From assembly GCA_965221125.1 (NCBI GenBank), contig CBDCRW010000006.1, forward strand, positions 416,001 through 480,000: 64,000 bases of DNA. The letters are read 5' to 3'. Of the stretch, positions 39,540-48,755 are shown one piece after another (positions within the stretch are counted from its first letter, which is position 1; every line of letters begins with the position of its first letter). A program made the position numbers and the translations under genes. The notes beneath the pieces were generated by a model, which was not told where the DNA came from, searched no databases, and saw only the letters and a list, made by a program, of their open reading frames with translations. Source of the stretch: Alphaproteobacteria bacterium. GTDB lineage: Bacteria > Pseudomonadota > Alphaproteobacteria > UBA828.

Positions 39540-40312
39540 TGCGCCGCCTGCGCCGATATCTCGCTTTGGCGGTCGTCGCCGCGGCGCTCGCAGCCGAGGC
39601 GGGTGCGCACGCGGCGGCGCAGGACGAGGGCGCCGACGAGCCCCTGCTGATCGCGCTGTCGACGCAACGCATCGAGATCGACTCCAACTTCGCCGGCACC
39701 TCGATCCTGCTCTTCGGCGCGACCGACGTGGTGGGCGACGTCGTGGTCTCCGTGCGCGGCCCCGAGGAGCCGGTGGTGGTCCGCCGCAAGCGGCAGTCCG
39801 CCGGCGTCTGGATCAACCAGGAGGCGATCGCCTTCCGCAACGTGCCGGGCTACTACTTCGTCGCGGCGTCCCGGCCGCTGGAGGAGATCGCGCCGGCCGA
39901 GTACCTCGACCGCAAGCAGCTCGGCTCCGAGCGCCTGCTGCTGGAGGCCATCTGGTTCGACACGTCCGGCGACGCCGACGAGTTCCGCGCCGCGCTGCAC
40001 CGCCACCGGGAGCGCGACTCGCTCTACAAGTCCGCGCCGGGGACGGTCGAGTTCATCGACGAGCGGCTGTTCCGCACCACCATCGACCTGCCCGCCCACG
40101 TGCCGACCGGCGCTTACGTCGTAGAGGCGACGCTGGTGATGGGCGGCGAGGTCCTCAGCACGCGGACGGACGCGTTCAGCATCGAGAAGGCCGGCTTCTC
40201 GGCGGACATTTCCACCTTCGCGCGGGCGGACGAGGCGCTTTACGGCGTCATTGCTATCGCGCTCGCGCTGGTGGCAGGATGGCTGGGCAGCTTCGCCTTC
40301 CGCAAGGGCTGA
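39539..40312 (+). CDS. TIGR02186-like membrane protein
   Basis: Signal peptide, F.GT.ILLFGA, VRRK...WIN, C-terminal TM; usual TauE partner. Confidence 0.75.
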   Translation: MRRLRRYLALAVVAAALAAEAGAHAAAQDEGADEPLLIALSTQRIEIDSNFAGTSILLFGATDVVGDVVVSVRGPEEPVVVRRKRQSAGVWINQEAIAFRNVPGYYFVAASRPLEEIAPAEYLDRKQLGSERLLLEAIWFDTSGDADEFRAALHRHRERDSLYKSAPGTVEFIDERLFRTTIDLPAHVPTGAYVVEATLVMGGEVLSTRTDAFSIEKAGFSADISTFARADEALYGVIAIALALVAGWLGSFAFRKG

Positions 40313-40335
40313 GGACGCGGCGGGGGATCGATGCC

Positions 40336-40842
40336 ATGAGCGAGCAGTCGACGCCGGAGGCGGGCGGAGCCCACGTCGCCGGGCAGGTCACGTTCCTCGT
40401 CTGCGTCGCCGACGACGGCCACTCGGAGGTGGCGGCGCGGTTCGCCGCGTTGCGCGCGCGCAATTCCGGCGGGCATGTCTCGCTCCTCCACGTGATGCAG
40501 CCGCCGGAGTTCCAGCACTGGGCCGCGGTCGGCGAGCTGATGCGGCAGGAGACGCGGGAGGAGGCCGAGCTGCTGCTGCAGGGCATGGCCGCGAAGGTGA
40601 CGGAGGTCACCGGAGCGGCGCCGAGCACGGCGGTGCGCGAAGGCGGCATCGGCGACGAGATCCTGGGCCACATCGCCGAGCACGACGCGATCGACCTGCT
40701 GGTCGTCGGCGCGGCGCCGCCCGATCAGGGGCGCGGCTCGCTGATTTCCTGGCTCGCCGGCCAGCTTGCCGGCCAGCTCAACATCCCGCTCGTGGTCGTC
40801 CCCGGCAGCCTGAGCGACCAGCAGCTGCAGGACTTGACGTAG
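40336..40842 (+). CDS. Universal stress protein
   Basis: FLVCVADD, VREG, LLVVGA, IPLVVVPGSL. Confidence 0.85.
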   Translation: MSEQSTPEAGGAHVAGQVTFLVCVADDGHSEVAARFAALRARNSGGHVSLLHVMQPPEFQHWAAVGELMRQETREEAELLLQGMAAKVTEVTGAAPSTAVREGGIGDEILGHIAEHDAIDLLVVGAAPPDQGRGSLISWLAGQLAGQLNIPLVVVPGSLSDQQLQDLT

Positions 40843-41013
40843 CGGGCGCCGCCCCCATGTCTCCGGCAGCCGGCGATGCAAACCGGCGCTGTGGACAAGA
40901 TGTGCAATACGAACAATCGGAACGATAATACAATAGGTTACGCGTCGCACTTGACCGATGGGGCGCTCTGAAGCACCCTCCGGTCGCCCTTTGTGGGCAG
41001 GGTTGGAGACAGC

Positions 41014-41571
41014 ATGTTCATCCAGACCGAGCGGACCCCGAACCCGGCGACACTGAAATTCCTGCCGGGAGAGGCGGTGATGTCGTCCGGGACTGCGGAC
41101 TTCCGCGATGCCGAAGCGGCGGAGCGTTCGCCGCTGGCGCGGCGGCTGTTCCAGATCGAGGACGTCACCGGAGTCTTCTTCGGCGGCGATTTCGTCTCGG
41201 TGTCGAAGTCCGAGGAGGCCGACTGGCAGTTGCTGAAGCCGGTGATCCTCGGCGTGATCATGGAGCACTTCGTGGCCGGCCATCCGCTCCTCCTCGACAG
41301 TGCCGCAGAGACGGCAGAGGACCTGGCGGACGACGGCGCCGACGCGGAGATCGTCGCCCAGATCAAGGAGCTGCTGGATACGCGCGTGCGGCCGGCCGTC
41401 GCGCAGGACGGCGGCGACATCACGTATCAGGGCTTTCAAAACGGCATCGTGATGCTTCAGCTTCAGGGCTCGTGCCAGGGCTGCCCAAGCTCGACCATGA
41501 CCCTGAAGATGGGCATCGAGAACATGCTGAAACACTACATCCCGGAAGTCGTGGAGGTGCGGGCCGTCTAG
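41014..41571 (+). CDS. NifU/NfuA-type Fe-S carrier
   Basis: MFIQTERTPNPATLKF, VRPAVAQDGGDI, CQGCPSS. Confidence 0.92.
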   Translation: MFIQTERTPNPATLKFLPGEAVMSSGTADFRDAEAAERSPLARRLFQIEDVTGVFFGGDFVSVSKSEEADWQLLKPVILGVIMEHFVAGHPLLLDSAAETAEDLADDGADAEIVAQIKELLDTRVRPAVAQDGGDITYQGFQNGIVMLQLQGSCQGCPSSTMTLKMGIENMLKHYIPEVVEVRAV

Positions 41572-41623
41572 CACGGCGCGTGCATTCCCGGCGAAGCCGG
41601 GGGAGGGGAGACAGGGCGTTTTG

Positions 41624-43063
41624 ATGAGTGCCGAAGGGCAGGCCTTTGCGCGTGCGCGAAGGGAAAATGCCCTCGAATCCGTGAGGCGCCCGTCCGTGGC
41701 GTCGCCAGCCAGGCAACCGTCGGATGGTGGGAGAAGCATCCGCCTGTCGGCGCTTGGCGTGCTGGGGGCGGTGACGGGTGCCGTGATGGGGGCGGCGCTC
41801 GGCGCATCCGCGGCCGGCGGCGATCTCGTCCGCCCGGCTGCTGCAAGCACGCCGATGCTCCTGAGCCTTACTGCGGAGCAGTCGGAGCCCTTGCCCGGCA
41901 CGGCGGCGGTGGCGTTGGCGCCCGCGCCCCTCATGCCTGAGGCGCCGGGCCGGGTCAGGCTGATCCTGTCGCTTTCGGACGTGACGCTGGCGGAGGAGCC
42001 CCGGCCGGATGGGGCGCCCCGGAGCCATGCGTCGGTCCCCACTCCGCCCGACATTCCGCAAGAGGCCGCATGGCAGGAGGCGGTCGTGGTGCCGGACCGG
42101 CCGGTCGCTGCGCCGGCCACCCCGGTGTTTCGCCGCGCGCCGGCCGAGCGGCAGTCCACGCTGACGCCCGCGCCGGTGATGAAGCCGCCGCTCGCGGCGC
42201 GCGCCAATGGGGTCGACGCGGTGCCTGCGGTCGTGCGGAAGCCCCGGGGGTCGAGCGCATCGGTTTCCGCCATGATCGCGAGCTTCGCGGCGTTCGGCTA
42301 CGACCTCGACCAGGTGCGGGCCGCGGTCAAGCCGGTTCCGCGCCTCTATCTGAGCGAGCTGCCGCACGATCTCGCCAGCGTCTCGTCGGTGGCGGTGAAG
42401 AAGCGGCTCTTCGTCCAGTCGGTTCTGCCGATCATCCTGCGCGTGAACGAGGAGATCATCGCCGCGCGCTGGCGGGCAGAGCGGCTGGGGGAGAAGCTCC
42501 TGTGGGACGGCGCGCTCTCGGACGCCGACCGCGCGTGGCTGCTCGACATGGCCGAGCTTTACGGTGCCGCGCCCTTCGACGTGCCCGGCCTGCTGACGCG
42601 GATGGACATCGTGCCGCCGTCGCTGGCGCTGGCCCAGGCGGCGGAGGAGACGGGCTGGGGCACCTCCCGCTTCGTGCGGGAGGGCAACGCCCTCTTCGGC
42701 CAGTACACGTACAAGGCGGCGATGGGCATGATGCCGGAGCGGCGCGATGCCGACCGCCGCCATCGCGTGCGCAGCCACGACAGCCTGCTCGACGCGGTGC
42801 GGGCCTACGTCCACAACCTCAACAGCCACTGGGCCTATGAGGACTTCCGCGACCGGCGGGCTCTGCTGCGCCACGCCGGCAGGCCGATGGACGGCTACGA
42901 CCTGGCCGGGGCCCTGGGGCAGTATTCGGAGCGGCGGGCGGGCTACATCCGCAGCATTCGCGAGATCATGCGGCAGAACCGTCTGCGCGACTTCGACCGG
43001 GCCTGGTTGAACGCGCGTCAGTGGACGGCGTTGATCCGCCAGCCAGGCGAACGGCCGATCTGA
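41624..43063 (+). CDS. Glucosaminidase-domain (Bax-like) protein with long Pro/Ala-rich N-terminus
   Basis: KKRLF, PPSLALAQAAEETGWGTSRF...GNALFGQ, NLNSHWAY, YSER; start uncertain. Confidence 0.8.
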   Translation: MSAEGQAFARARRENALESVRRPSVASPARQPSDGGRSIRLSALGVLGAVTGAVMGAALGASAAGGDLVRPAAASTPMLLSLTAEQSEPLPGTAAVALAPAPLMPEAPGRVRLILSLSDVTLAEEPRPDGAPRSHASVPTPPDIPQEAAWQEAVVVPDRPVAAPATPVFRRAPAERQSTLTPAPVMKPPLAARANGVDAVPAVVRKPRGSSASVSAMIASFAAFGYDLDQVRAAVKPVPRLYLSELPHDLASVSSVAVKKRLFVQSVLPIILRVNEEIIAARWRAERLGEKLLWDGALSDADRAWLLDMAELYGAAPFDVPGLLTRMDIVPPSLALAQAAEETGWGTSRFVREGNALFGQYTYKAAMGMMPERRDADRRHRVRSHDSLLDAVRAYVHNLNSHWAYEDFRDRRALLRHAGRPMDGYDLAGALGQYSERRAGYIRSIREIMRQNRLRDFDRAWLNARQWTALIRQPGERPI

Positions 43064-43094
43064 TCGGGGGAATACCCGCCGCCGCCAAGTCGGC

Positions 43095-44132
43095 TTACGG
43101 CACGACGAACTGAAGCCCGAACCAGTGCCAGCGCCCGCCCTCGGCGGGCGCCGTGCAATTGAGCCGGGCGCGGCCGGGCGGGAACGGCCGGTCGAACTGC
43201 ACCTCCACCCGGCCGCCGTCCCGCTGCTCGAGAGCGGCAGTGACCCCGCCCGAGGGATAGCAGGCGAGCGAGTCGGGGTTCGCAAGCGGCGGCTCGATGG
43301 TGAAGGCGACCGCCGGCGGGTTCTCCGCCAGGATCTGATCCGCCGGCGTCACGGCGCGGGCGCCGAGCGGCACCGTATCCACGATCAGCCCGAAGCGCTC
43401 CATGGCGCCGTAGCTCTCGTTCAGGGCGAAGCGGGGCAGGTTGAGCCGGTCCGTGTGCGCCGCGACGACGCCCGAGTGCTGGCCGAAGGCAGCAATGAAG
43501 CCGAGGTCTGCGACAAGCGCGCGCGCCGCCCCGTTCCATTCGCCGTAGGGGTAGGCGAAGAGCGTGGCGTCCACGCCAAGCTCCTCTTCAAGCCGCCGCT
43601 GCGCCCGCAGCAGGTCGGCCCGGTTCGCGTCCGCGTCAGCCTGCCACATTTGCCCGTGCGCGGCGCTGTGATTGCCGATGGTGACGCCCGCCGCGACCAG
43701 CTGGCGCAGCTCGTCCCAGCTCATGATGCCGGCGTGGCGCTCGTCGACCGGGTCGGTGGAGACGAAGACGGTGAACGGCATCCCGGCCTCCTCCAGCCGG
43801 GGCCACGCCTCGACGAAGGTCGACCGCGTCGCGTCGTCGACGGTGATGCCGACGGTGCGCTCCGGCAGCGGCCGGCCCGCGTCGATGGCCGCGAGGATGT
43901 CAGGGACCGGCAGCACGGTGTAGCCGCCGCTCGCCAGGTGCTCGATGTGGGCCTCGAACTGGGCGAGCGTCACGCTCGTCGATGGGTACTTGTCCTCGCC
44001 GAAGCGGTGATACATCACGAGGATGGCGGAATCGGCGGCGATTGCCGCAGCGCCGCCGCTCGCGACGACGACGGCCACGGCGAGCGCGATGCAGGCGGCG
44101 CGGCCGGTGCGGAAGAGCGCGCGATTGGTCAT
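43095..44132 (-). CDS. Exported polysaccharide deacetylase (CE4)
   Basis: Signal peptide, MYHRFG, ITVDD, GNHSAAH, FAYPYGE, LPRF. Confidence 0.88.
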   Translation of the reverse strand: MTNRALFRTGRAACIALAVAVVVASGGAAAIAADSAILVMYHRFGEDKYPSTSVTLAQFEAHIEHLASGGYTVLPVPDILAAIDAGRPLPERTVGITVDDATRSTFVEAWPRLEEAGMPFTVFVSTDPVDERHAGIMSWDELRQLVAAGVTIGNHSAAHGQMWQADADANRADLLRAQRRLEEELGVDATLFAYPYGEWNGAARALVADLGFIAAFGQHSGVVAAHTDRLNLPRFALNESYGAMERFGLIVDTVPLGARAVTPADQILAENPPAVAFTIEPPLANPDSLACYPSGGVTAALEQRDGGRVEVQFDRPFPPGRARLNCTAPAEGGRWHWFGLQFVVP

Positions 44133-44692
44133 GGGTCCATCAACCCCGTCTGCGCCGCGCTGTCCCACAGCAGGGGATAGCGGCGCGGCGCGAACATCTG
44201 GTAGTGCCACCACTCGTTGAGATAGTGGTCCCAGCCGGCCGACGCCATGAGGCCGAGCAGCAGCATGCGGTTGCGCTGGGCGGCGGGCGTCGGCGCGTCG
44301 CTGCCGTGGAAGGCGCGTGGCGTCAGGTCGTCGAAGCCGGTGCCCATGTCGAGCGGCAGGCCGCTCTCGCGGTCGACCAGGCTCAGGTCGATGGCGACGC
44401 CCCGCGAGTGCGGCGAGCCCCGCCTGGGGTCAGCGAGGAAGGTCGGGTCCGGGCATTGCCGCCAGAGCGCCCACTGCGCCTCCACCGGGCGGTAGCCGTC
44501 GAAGATGACGAGCTTCAGGCCCTGGACGGCGGCGAGGCCCTGGGCGCGCTCCAGCAGCACGGCGGCGTCGGGGTGCAGGTAGCAGGCGGCCCTGCGGTAG
44601 ATGGGGTGGCCGGTGATGTTGTCCTCGCCGGCATAGGCGAGCGCCAGCGAGACGTCGAAGCGGGGCGGGGCGATTTCGACCAGGGCGGTCAT
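44129..44692 (-). CDS. ddpX: D-Ala-D-Ala dipeptidase (VanX/DdpX)
   Basis: FDGYRP, SPHSRGVAIDL, DMGTGFD, EWWHY. Confidence 0.9.
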   Translation of the reverse strand: MTALVEIAPPRFDVSLALAYAGEDNITGHPIYRRAACYLHPDAAVLLERAQGLAAVQGLKLVIFDGYRPVEAQWALWRQCPDPTFLADPRRGSPHSRGVAIDLSLVDRESGLPLDMGTGFDDLTPRAFHGSDAPTPAAQRNRMLLLGLMASAGWDHYLNEWWHYQMFAPRRYPLLWDSAAQTGLMDP

Positions 44693-44834
44693 GGGCACGG
44701 CGATGTCGCGGATGAGAATGTCGGCACAATAGCACCGCTATGCCCGCCCGTGCATGGTTGCGGCCACCGGCTGCCGAGTGCTAGAGCCGCCGCGTGCGCA
44801 CGGACGGCAGCGAACGGCGAGCGGCGCCGCGGTG

Positions 44835-45542
44835 ATGACGATACTCGGGTTCGACACGGCGACGGCGACATGCTCGGCCGCGCTCTGGGCGGACGGCGCG
44901 GTGGTCGCCCACAGGCGGAGCGAGGCCGGCGGCAGGCACGCGGAGACGCTGGTGCCCATGCTGCGCGAGGTCGCGGCGGAGGGCGGCACGACACTCGCGG
45001 AGGTCGATGCGTTCGCGGTGACGGTGGGCCCCGGCTCCTTCACCGGGATTCGGATCGGGCTGGCCGCGGCGCGCGGTCTCGCCCTCGCCGGCAAGCGGCC
45101 CCTGATCGGTATTTCGACGCTGGAGGTGCTCGCTGCGGGCGTTCCTGACGGCGAGCGCGAGGGACCGATCCTCGCCGCCTTGGATGCCGGGCGCGGGCGA
45201 CTCTATGCCCAGCTCTTCGACCGTTCGCTCGCTCCGCTCACCGAGCCCGCGGCGCTGGAGGCCGGAGCGTTGCCCGCCTTCGTGGAAGCGGCGGGGAGCG
45301 GCGGCCCGCTCGTCGTGGCGGGCACCGGGCAGGCGGTTGCGCTTGGCGCGCTGACGGCTGATATCGAGGCACGGCCTGCAAGCGGGCCGTCCACGCCCGA
45401 CGCGCGCGCGCTCGTGCGCTGTGCCGCCGCCCGCGCCGAGGCCGGGGGCGAGAGTGCCGCCCCGGTGCGGCCGCTCTATCTGCGGGACGCCGGCGCAAAG
45501 CGGAAGTCGCGGGCCGCCGGCGGGAGTGGGCCGCGTGGCTGA
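44835..45542 (+). CDS. tsaB: t6A biosynthesis protein
   Basis: ILGFDTAT, HAETLVP, GPGSFTGIRIG, PLYLR. Confidence 0.93.
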   Translation: MTILGFDTATATCSAALWADGAVVAHRRSEAGGRHAETLVPMLREVAAEGGTTLAEVDAFAVTVGPGSFTGIRIGLAAARGLALAGKRPLIGISTLEVLAAGVPDGEREGPILAALDAGRGRLYAQLFDRSLAPLTEPAALEAGALPAFVEAAGSGGPLVVAGTGQAVALGALTADIEARPASGPSTPDARALVRCAAARAEAGGESAAPVRPLYLRDAGAKRKSRAAGGSGPRG

Positions 45543-46029
45543 ACCGGCTGCCGTCGCCGCAGCGACCATCGCCGAGATCCGCGAGGGCGATGTCGCCGCC
45601 GTCGCCGCGCTGCACGCCCGCTGCTTCGACGAGCCGTGGCAGCCTGCGCTGATCGGCCGCATCGCGCAGGCGCCGGGCGGCTTCGGGCTACTGTGGCGGA
45701 GCGAGGACGAGCCGCTCGGTTTCGTGCTGGGCCGCGCGAACCACGCGCGTGCCGAGGTGCTGTCCCTCGGCGTGGCGCCGGTCGCGCGCAAGCGCGGCAT
45801 CGCCCGCGCGCTCATGAAGGAGGCGATCGATCGGGTGAGCCGGCGCGACCTGCGCGAACTCTACCTCGAGGTCGCCGAGGACAACGCCGCGGCGCAGCGC
45901 CTCTACCGTGCCCTGGGGTTCGCCCCGGTCGGCCGCCGCCCCGGCTACTACGCGCGACCCGAGGCCGACGCCGTGGACGCGCTCACCTTCCGCCGCGTGC
46001 TCGTGCCGGCTGCGCTCGTGGCAGGCTGA
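45535..46029 (+). CDS. rimI: RimI-like GNAT acetyltransferase
   Basis: EVLSLGV...RKRGIA, LEVAEDNAAA..LY...GF...RPGYY; follows tsaB. Confidence 0.8.
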   Translation: MAEPAAVAAATIAEIREGDVAAVAALHARCFDEPWQPALIGRIAQAPGGFGLLWRSEDEPLGFVLGRANHARAEVLSLGVAPVARKRGIARALMKEAIDRVSRRDLRELYLEVAEDNAAAQRLYRALGFAPVGRRPGYYARPEADAVDALTFRRVLVPAALVAG

Positions 46030-46042
46030 CCCCGCGTTCGCC

Positions 46043-46852
46043 TCAGGCGGGTCTGGGCGCCCAAAAACGCTTCCTGATCGGCGGGGTGAGCTTGCCGCTG
46101 ATCGCGCGCGAGACCCCGTCGGCGATCGCGGCCTGGCACGCTTCCGCCATCTCCTTGCGCGAGCGGAACTGCTCGATGGTCACCGGCTGATGGAACTGGA
46201 TGGCGATGGTGGCGTTGCCGAGGCCCGCGACGTTCCAGAGGTGGCTCGCAAGCTCCATGTCGCCGTACCAGGCGTAGAACGGCCGGTAGGGGCGCCCCAT
46301 GGGGATCCCATTCAGTCGCGTATAGGCGATGGAGACCGGCTGAACCACCAATGGCTTGCCCCGGACCGGCCCCTCGGCGATGCCGAAGAAGGCGCTCTTG
46401 AACGGCAGCACGCGGTTGCCGTCGTTGCTGGTGCCCTCGGGGAAGAGGATGAGGTTGTCGCCGGCTTCCAGGCGCTCCGTCATGTTGTCGCGGTGATGGG
46501 CGGTGCGCGACACGCGGCGCTCCACGAACACGGTCCGCTGCAGGACGGCGAGGAAGCCGAACAGCGGCCAGCCCCGCACCTCCGCCTTGGCGACGAAGCT
46601 CCCCGGCACCACGGCGCCGAGCGCGCTGATGTCGAGGTAGGAGGTGTGGTTGCAGACGAAGAGGGTGGGCACGTTGCGCGACACCGTGCCGTAACGTTCG
46701 ATCCTGAAGCCGAAGATGCGGCAGACGCCCCGGTGCCAGACCATGGGCAGGCGCTTGGACAGCGGCGCCCGGATCGCCATGAGAACGAGCTGAAACGGAA
46801 CCAGGCAGACGGTCCAGCCGAAGAAGCGGAGCAGCACCGCGAGCGCGATCAT
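46043..46852 (-). CDS. olsA: Lyso-ornithine lipid O-acyltransferase (PlsC family)
   Basis: NHTSYLD, FVAK, FPEGT; directly downstream of olsB. Confidence 0.75.
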   Translation of the reverse strand: MIALAVLLRFFGWTVCLVPFQLVLMAIRAPLSKRLPMVWHRGVCRIFGFRIERYGTVSRNVPTLFVCNHTSYLDISALGAVVPGSFVAKAEVRGWPLFGFLAVLQRTVFVERRVSRTAHHRDNMTERLEAGDNLILFPEGTSNDGNRVLPFKSAFFGIAEGPVRGKPLVVQPVSIAYTRLNGIPMGRPYRPFYAWYGDMELASHLWNVAGLGNATIAIQFHQPVTIEQFRSRKEMAEACQAAIADGVSRAISGKLTPPIRKRFWAPRPA

Positions 46853-47628
46853 GTGAGCTTGTCCCGGTAGCGCTGGGTCACGAGGTCGGTCTTGACGACG
46901 ATGCTGACATCGACGCTCCCCCACTGCCGGTCGATCACGGCGCCGTCGCCGACGAAGCCGTTGAGCCTGAGATAGCCCTTGATGAGCGGCGGCACCGCCT
47001 TGAGCGCGGCGCGCCTGTTTATCGCGTCCTTGGGTATCAGGTCCATGTTCACGTAGTGCTCGTCCCGGGCGCGAGGGCAGAATTCCGGCGGAGCGCGGTG
47101 GTTGTGAAAGAGATAGGAGAGGGGCTCCGCGTGCTCCTGCGGGTCCGTGCCGGGGAAGCTTGCGCAGCCGAACATGATCGGCACGTCGTAGTGCAGCACG
47201 TAGGCCGCGTTGCCCCGCCACAGCAGGGTCATGGTGGTGCCGTTGCGGTAGGCGGGATCGACGCAGGAGCGGCCGAGCTCCAGCAACTCGCCGGGCTGCG
47301 CCACGATGGTGTCGATGTCGTATTCCCAGGACGAGTAGAAGCCGCCGTGGGCGTCCGCCACGGAGCGGCGCAGCAGGCGGTAGGTGCCGACCACCTTGTC
47401 GCCGGCGCTGCGGTCGTGGTCGATCACCATGAGGTGGTCGCAGTAGGAGTCGAAGCGGTCGAAGTCGCGCTCGCTCGCCGCCATCTCGCGGCTGGGGTCG
47501 GCCGCCATCTCCTCGTAGAAGACGCGGTAGCGGAGCGCCTGGACGGCGTCCACGTCCTCTGCCGAGCGGGCCAGGCGCACCTCAAGGTTGCCGGCGACGA
47601 TCCCGGCCATGAAATCATCGTCGGTCAT
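46849..47628 (-). CDS. olsB: Ornithine N-acyltransferase
   Basis: LRYRVFYEE, DRFDSYCDH, VGTYRL, LELGRSCV, FGCASF, PPLIKGYLR. Confidence 0.88.
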   Translation of the reverse strand: MTDDDFMAGIVAGNLEVRLARSAEDVDAVQALRYRVFYEEMAADPSREMAASERDFDRFDSYCDHLMVIDHDRSAGDKVVGTYRLLRRSVADAHGGFYSSWEYDIDTIVAQPGELLELGRSCVDPAYRNGTTMTLLWRGNAAYVLHYDVPIMFGCASFPGTDPQEHAEPLSYLFHNHRAPPEFCPRARDEHYVNMDLIPKDAINRRAALKAVPPLIKGYLRLNGFVGDGAVIDRQWGSVDVSIVVKTDLVTQRYRDKLT

Positions 47629-47645
47629 GGGCCTCCGCGTTGGTT

Positions 47646-48068
47646 CTAGTCTTCGGGCTCGTCCAGGGGGACCGCGTAAAGCTCCAGCCGGTGATCGACG
47701 AGCTTGTAGCCGAGCGCCTTGGCGACGGCCGCCTGCAGCGCCTCGATCTCCTCGTTCTGGAACTCCACCACCTTGCCCGACGTGAGGTCGATCAGGTGAT
47801 CGTGGTGTTCGTCGGGGTGTTCCTCGTAGCGCGCCCGCCCGTCGCGGAAGTCGTGGCGCTCCAGCAGGCCGCACTCCTCGAAGAGCCGGACCGTGCGATA
47901 GACCGTCGCCAGGCTGATGCGGGAATCGATCTCGGTCGCGCGCCGGTAGAGCCCCTCGACATCGGGGTGGTCGGAGGAATCCGAAAGCACGCGCGCGATC
48001 ACGCGCCGCTGCTCGGTCATCTTCAGACCGATCTCGGCGCAGCGCTTCTCCAGCGTGGATATCGCCAA
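47646..48068 (-). CDS. fur: Fur-family regulator
   Basis: KMTEQRRVI, SLATVYRT, HHDHLID, HRLELY; TTG start after GAGGAG. Confidence 0.9.
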   Translation of the reverse strand: MAISTLEKRCAEIGLKMTEQRRVIARVLSDSSDHPDVEGLYRRATEIDSRISLATVYRTVRLFEECGLLERHDFRDGRARYEEHPDEHHDHLIDLTSGKVVEFQNEEIEALQAAVAKALGYKLVDHRLELYAVPLDEPED

Positions 48069-48229
48069 GTGGTCCCGCTCCTCCTCGGGCGGCTCTCGCG
48101 GCGCATTATAGGCGAGCGGGCGGCCCAAGGCGACCGCGACGGCCCGGAATCGGCGCGCGCGGTGGCATTCGCGCCGCGATTGGCCTAGGTTGTGGCATTG
48201 CCGCGTCACGCGCCCACCGGCACGGGGCC

Positions 48230-48682
48230 ATGACCAACCGAAAGCCCAGCGACGACCTGACGACGGAGCAGATCCTGGAGTCGATCGGCCGGATCGTCTC
48301 GGAGGGGGAAAGCCGCGGGCGGAGCACGGACGTGCCGCCCCTGGCCCCGCCGCCGCGCAAGCGGGCCGGGAGCCAGGACGTGCTCGACCTGGTGGACGTG
48401 GTCGACGAGCAGGGCAACGTGCTCCCGCCGGGCAAGGCCGCCGAGGGCAAGCCGGCGTTCTCCTTCCCGCCGCGCAGCGAGCCGCCGCCCCGGCAAAGTG
48501 CTGCGCCCGGCAAGCCACCGCCCCGGCAGAGTGCTCAAGGCAGCCGGCCCACCGACGAGCAGGTGCTGGAGGCGCTCAAGCCCATGCTGCAGACCTGGCT
48601 CGACACCCATATGCCGCCCATGATCGAGCGCCTGGTCAAGCAGGAGCTCGAGCGGGCGTCGCGGCGCAGCGAGCCCGAGTGA
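48230..48682 (+). CDS. PopZ-like (DUF2497) protein
   Basis: N-terminal [13 protein letters not shown], Pro-rich linker, [23 protein letters not shown]; upstream of valS. Confidence 0.75.
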   Translation: MTNRKPSDDLTTEQILESIGRIVSEGESRGRSTDVPPLAPPPRKRAGSQDVLDLVDVVDEQGNVLPPGKAAEGKPAFSFPPRSEPPPRQSAAPGKPPPRQSAQGSRPTDEQVLEALKPMLQTWLDTHMPPMIERLVKQELERASRRSEPE

Positions 48683-48755
48683 GACGTTACCCGAGAGTTC
48701 CTTCCCGCCCGCCTCTTCACTAGCCCCATCCTCCCGAAACGGTTACGAGACGACG

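Noticed and set aside
40890-40898. TGTGGACAA DnaA-box-like motif
   Set aside because: Single mismatched box with no cluster or oriC context
48482-48540. 33-bp duplication (PPPRQSA) in the PopZ-like linker
   Set aside because: Ordinary variation in a disordered linker
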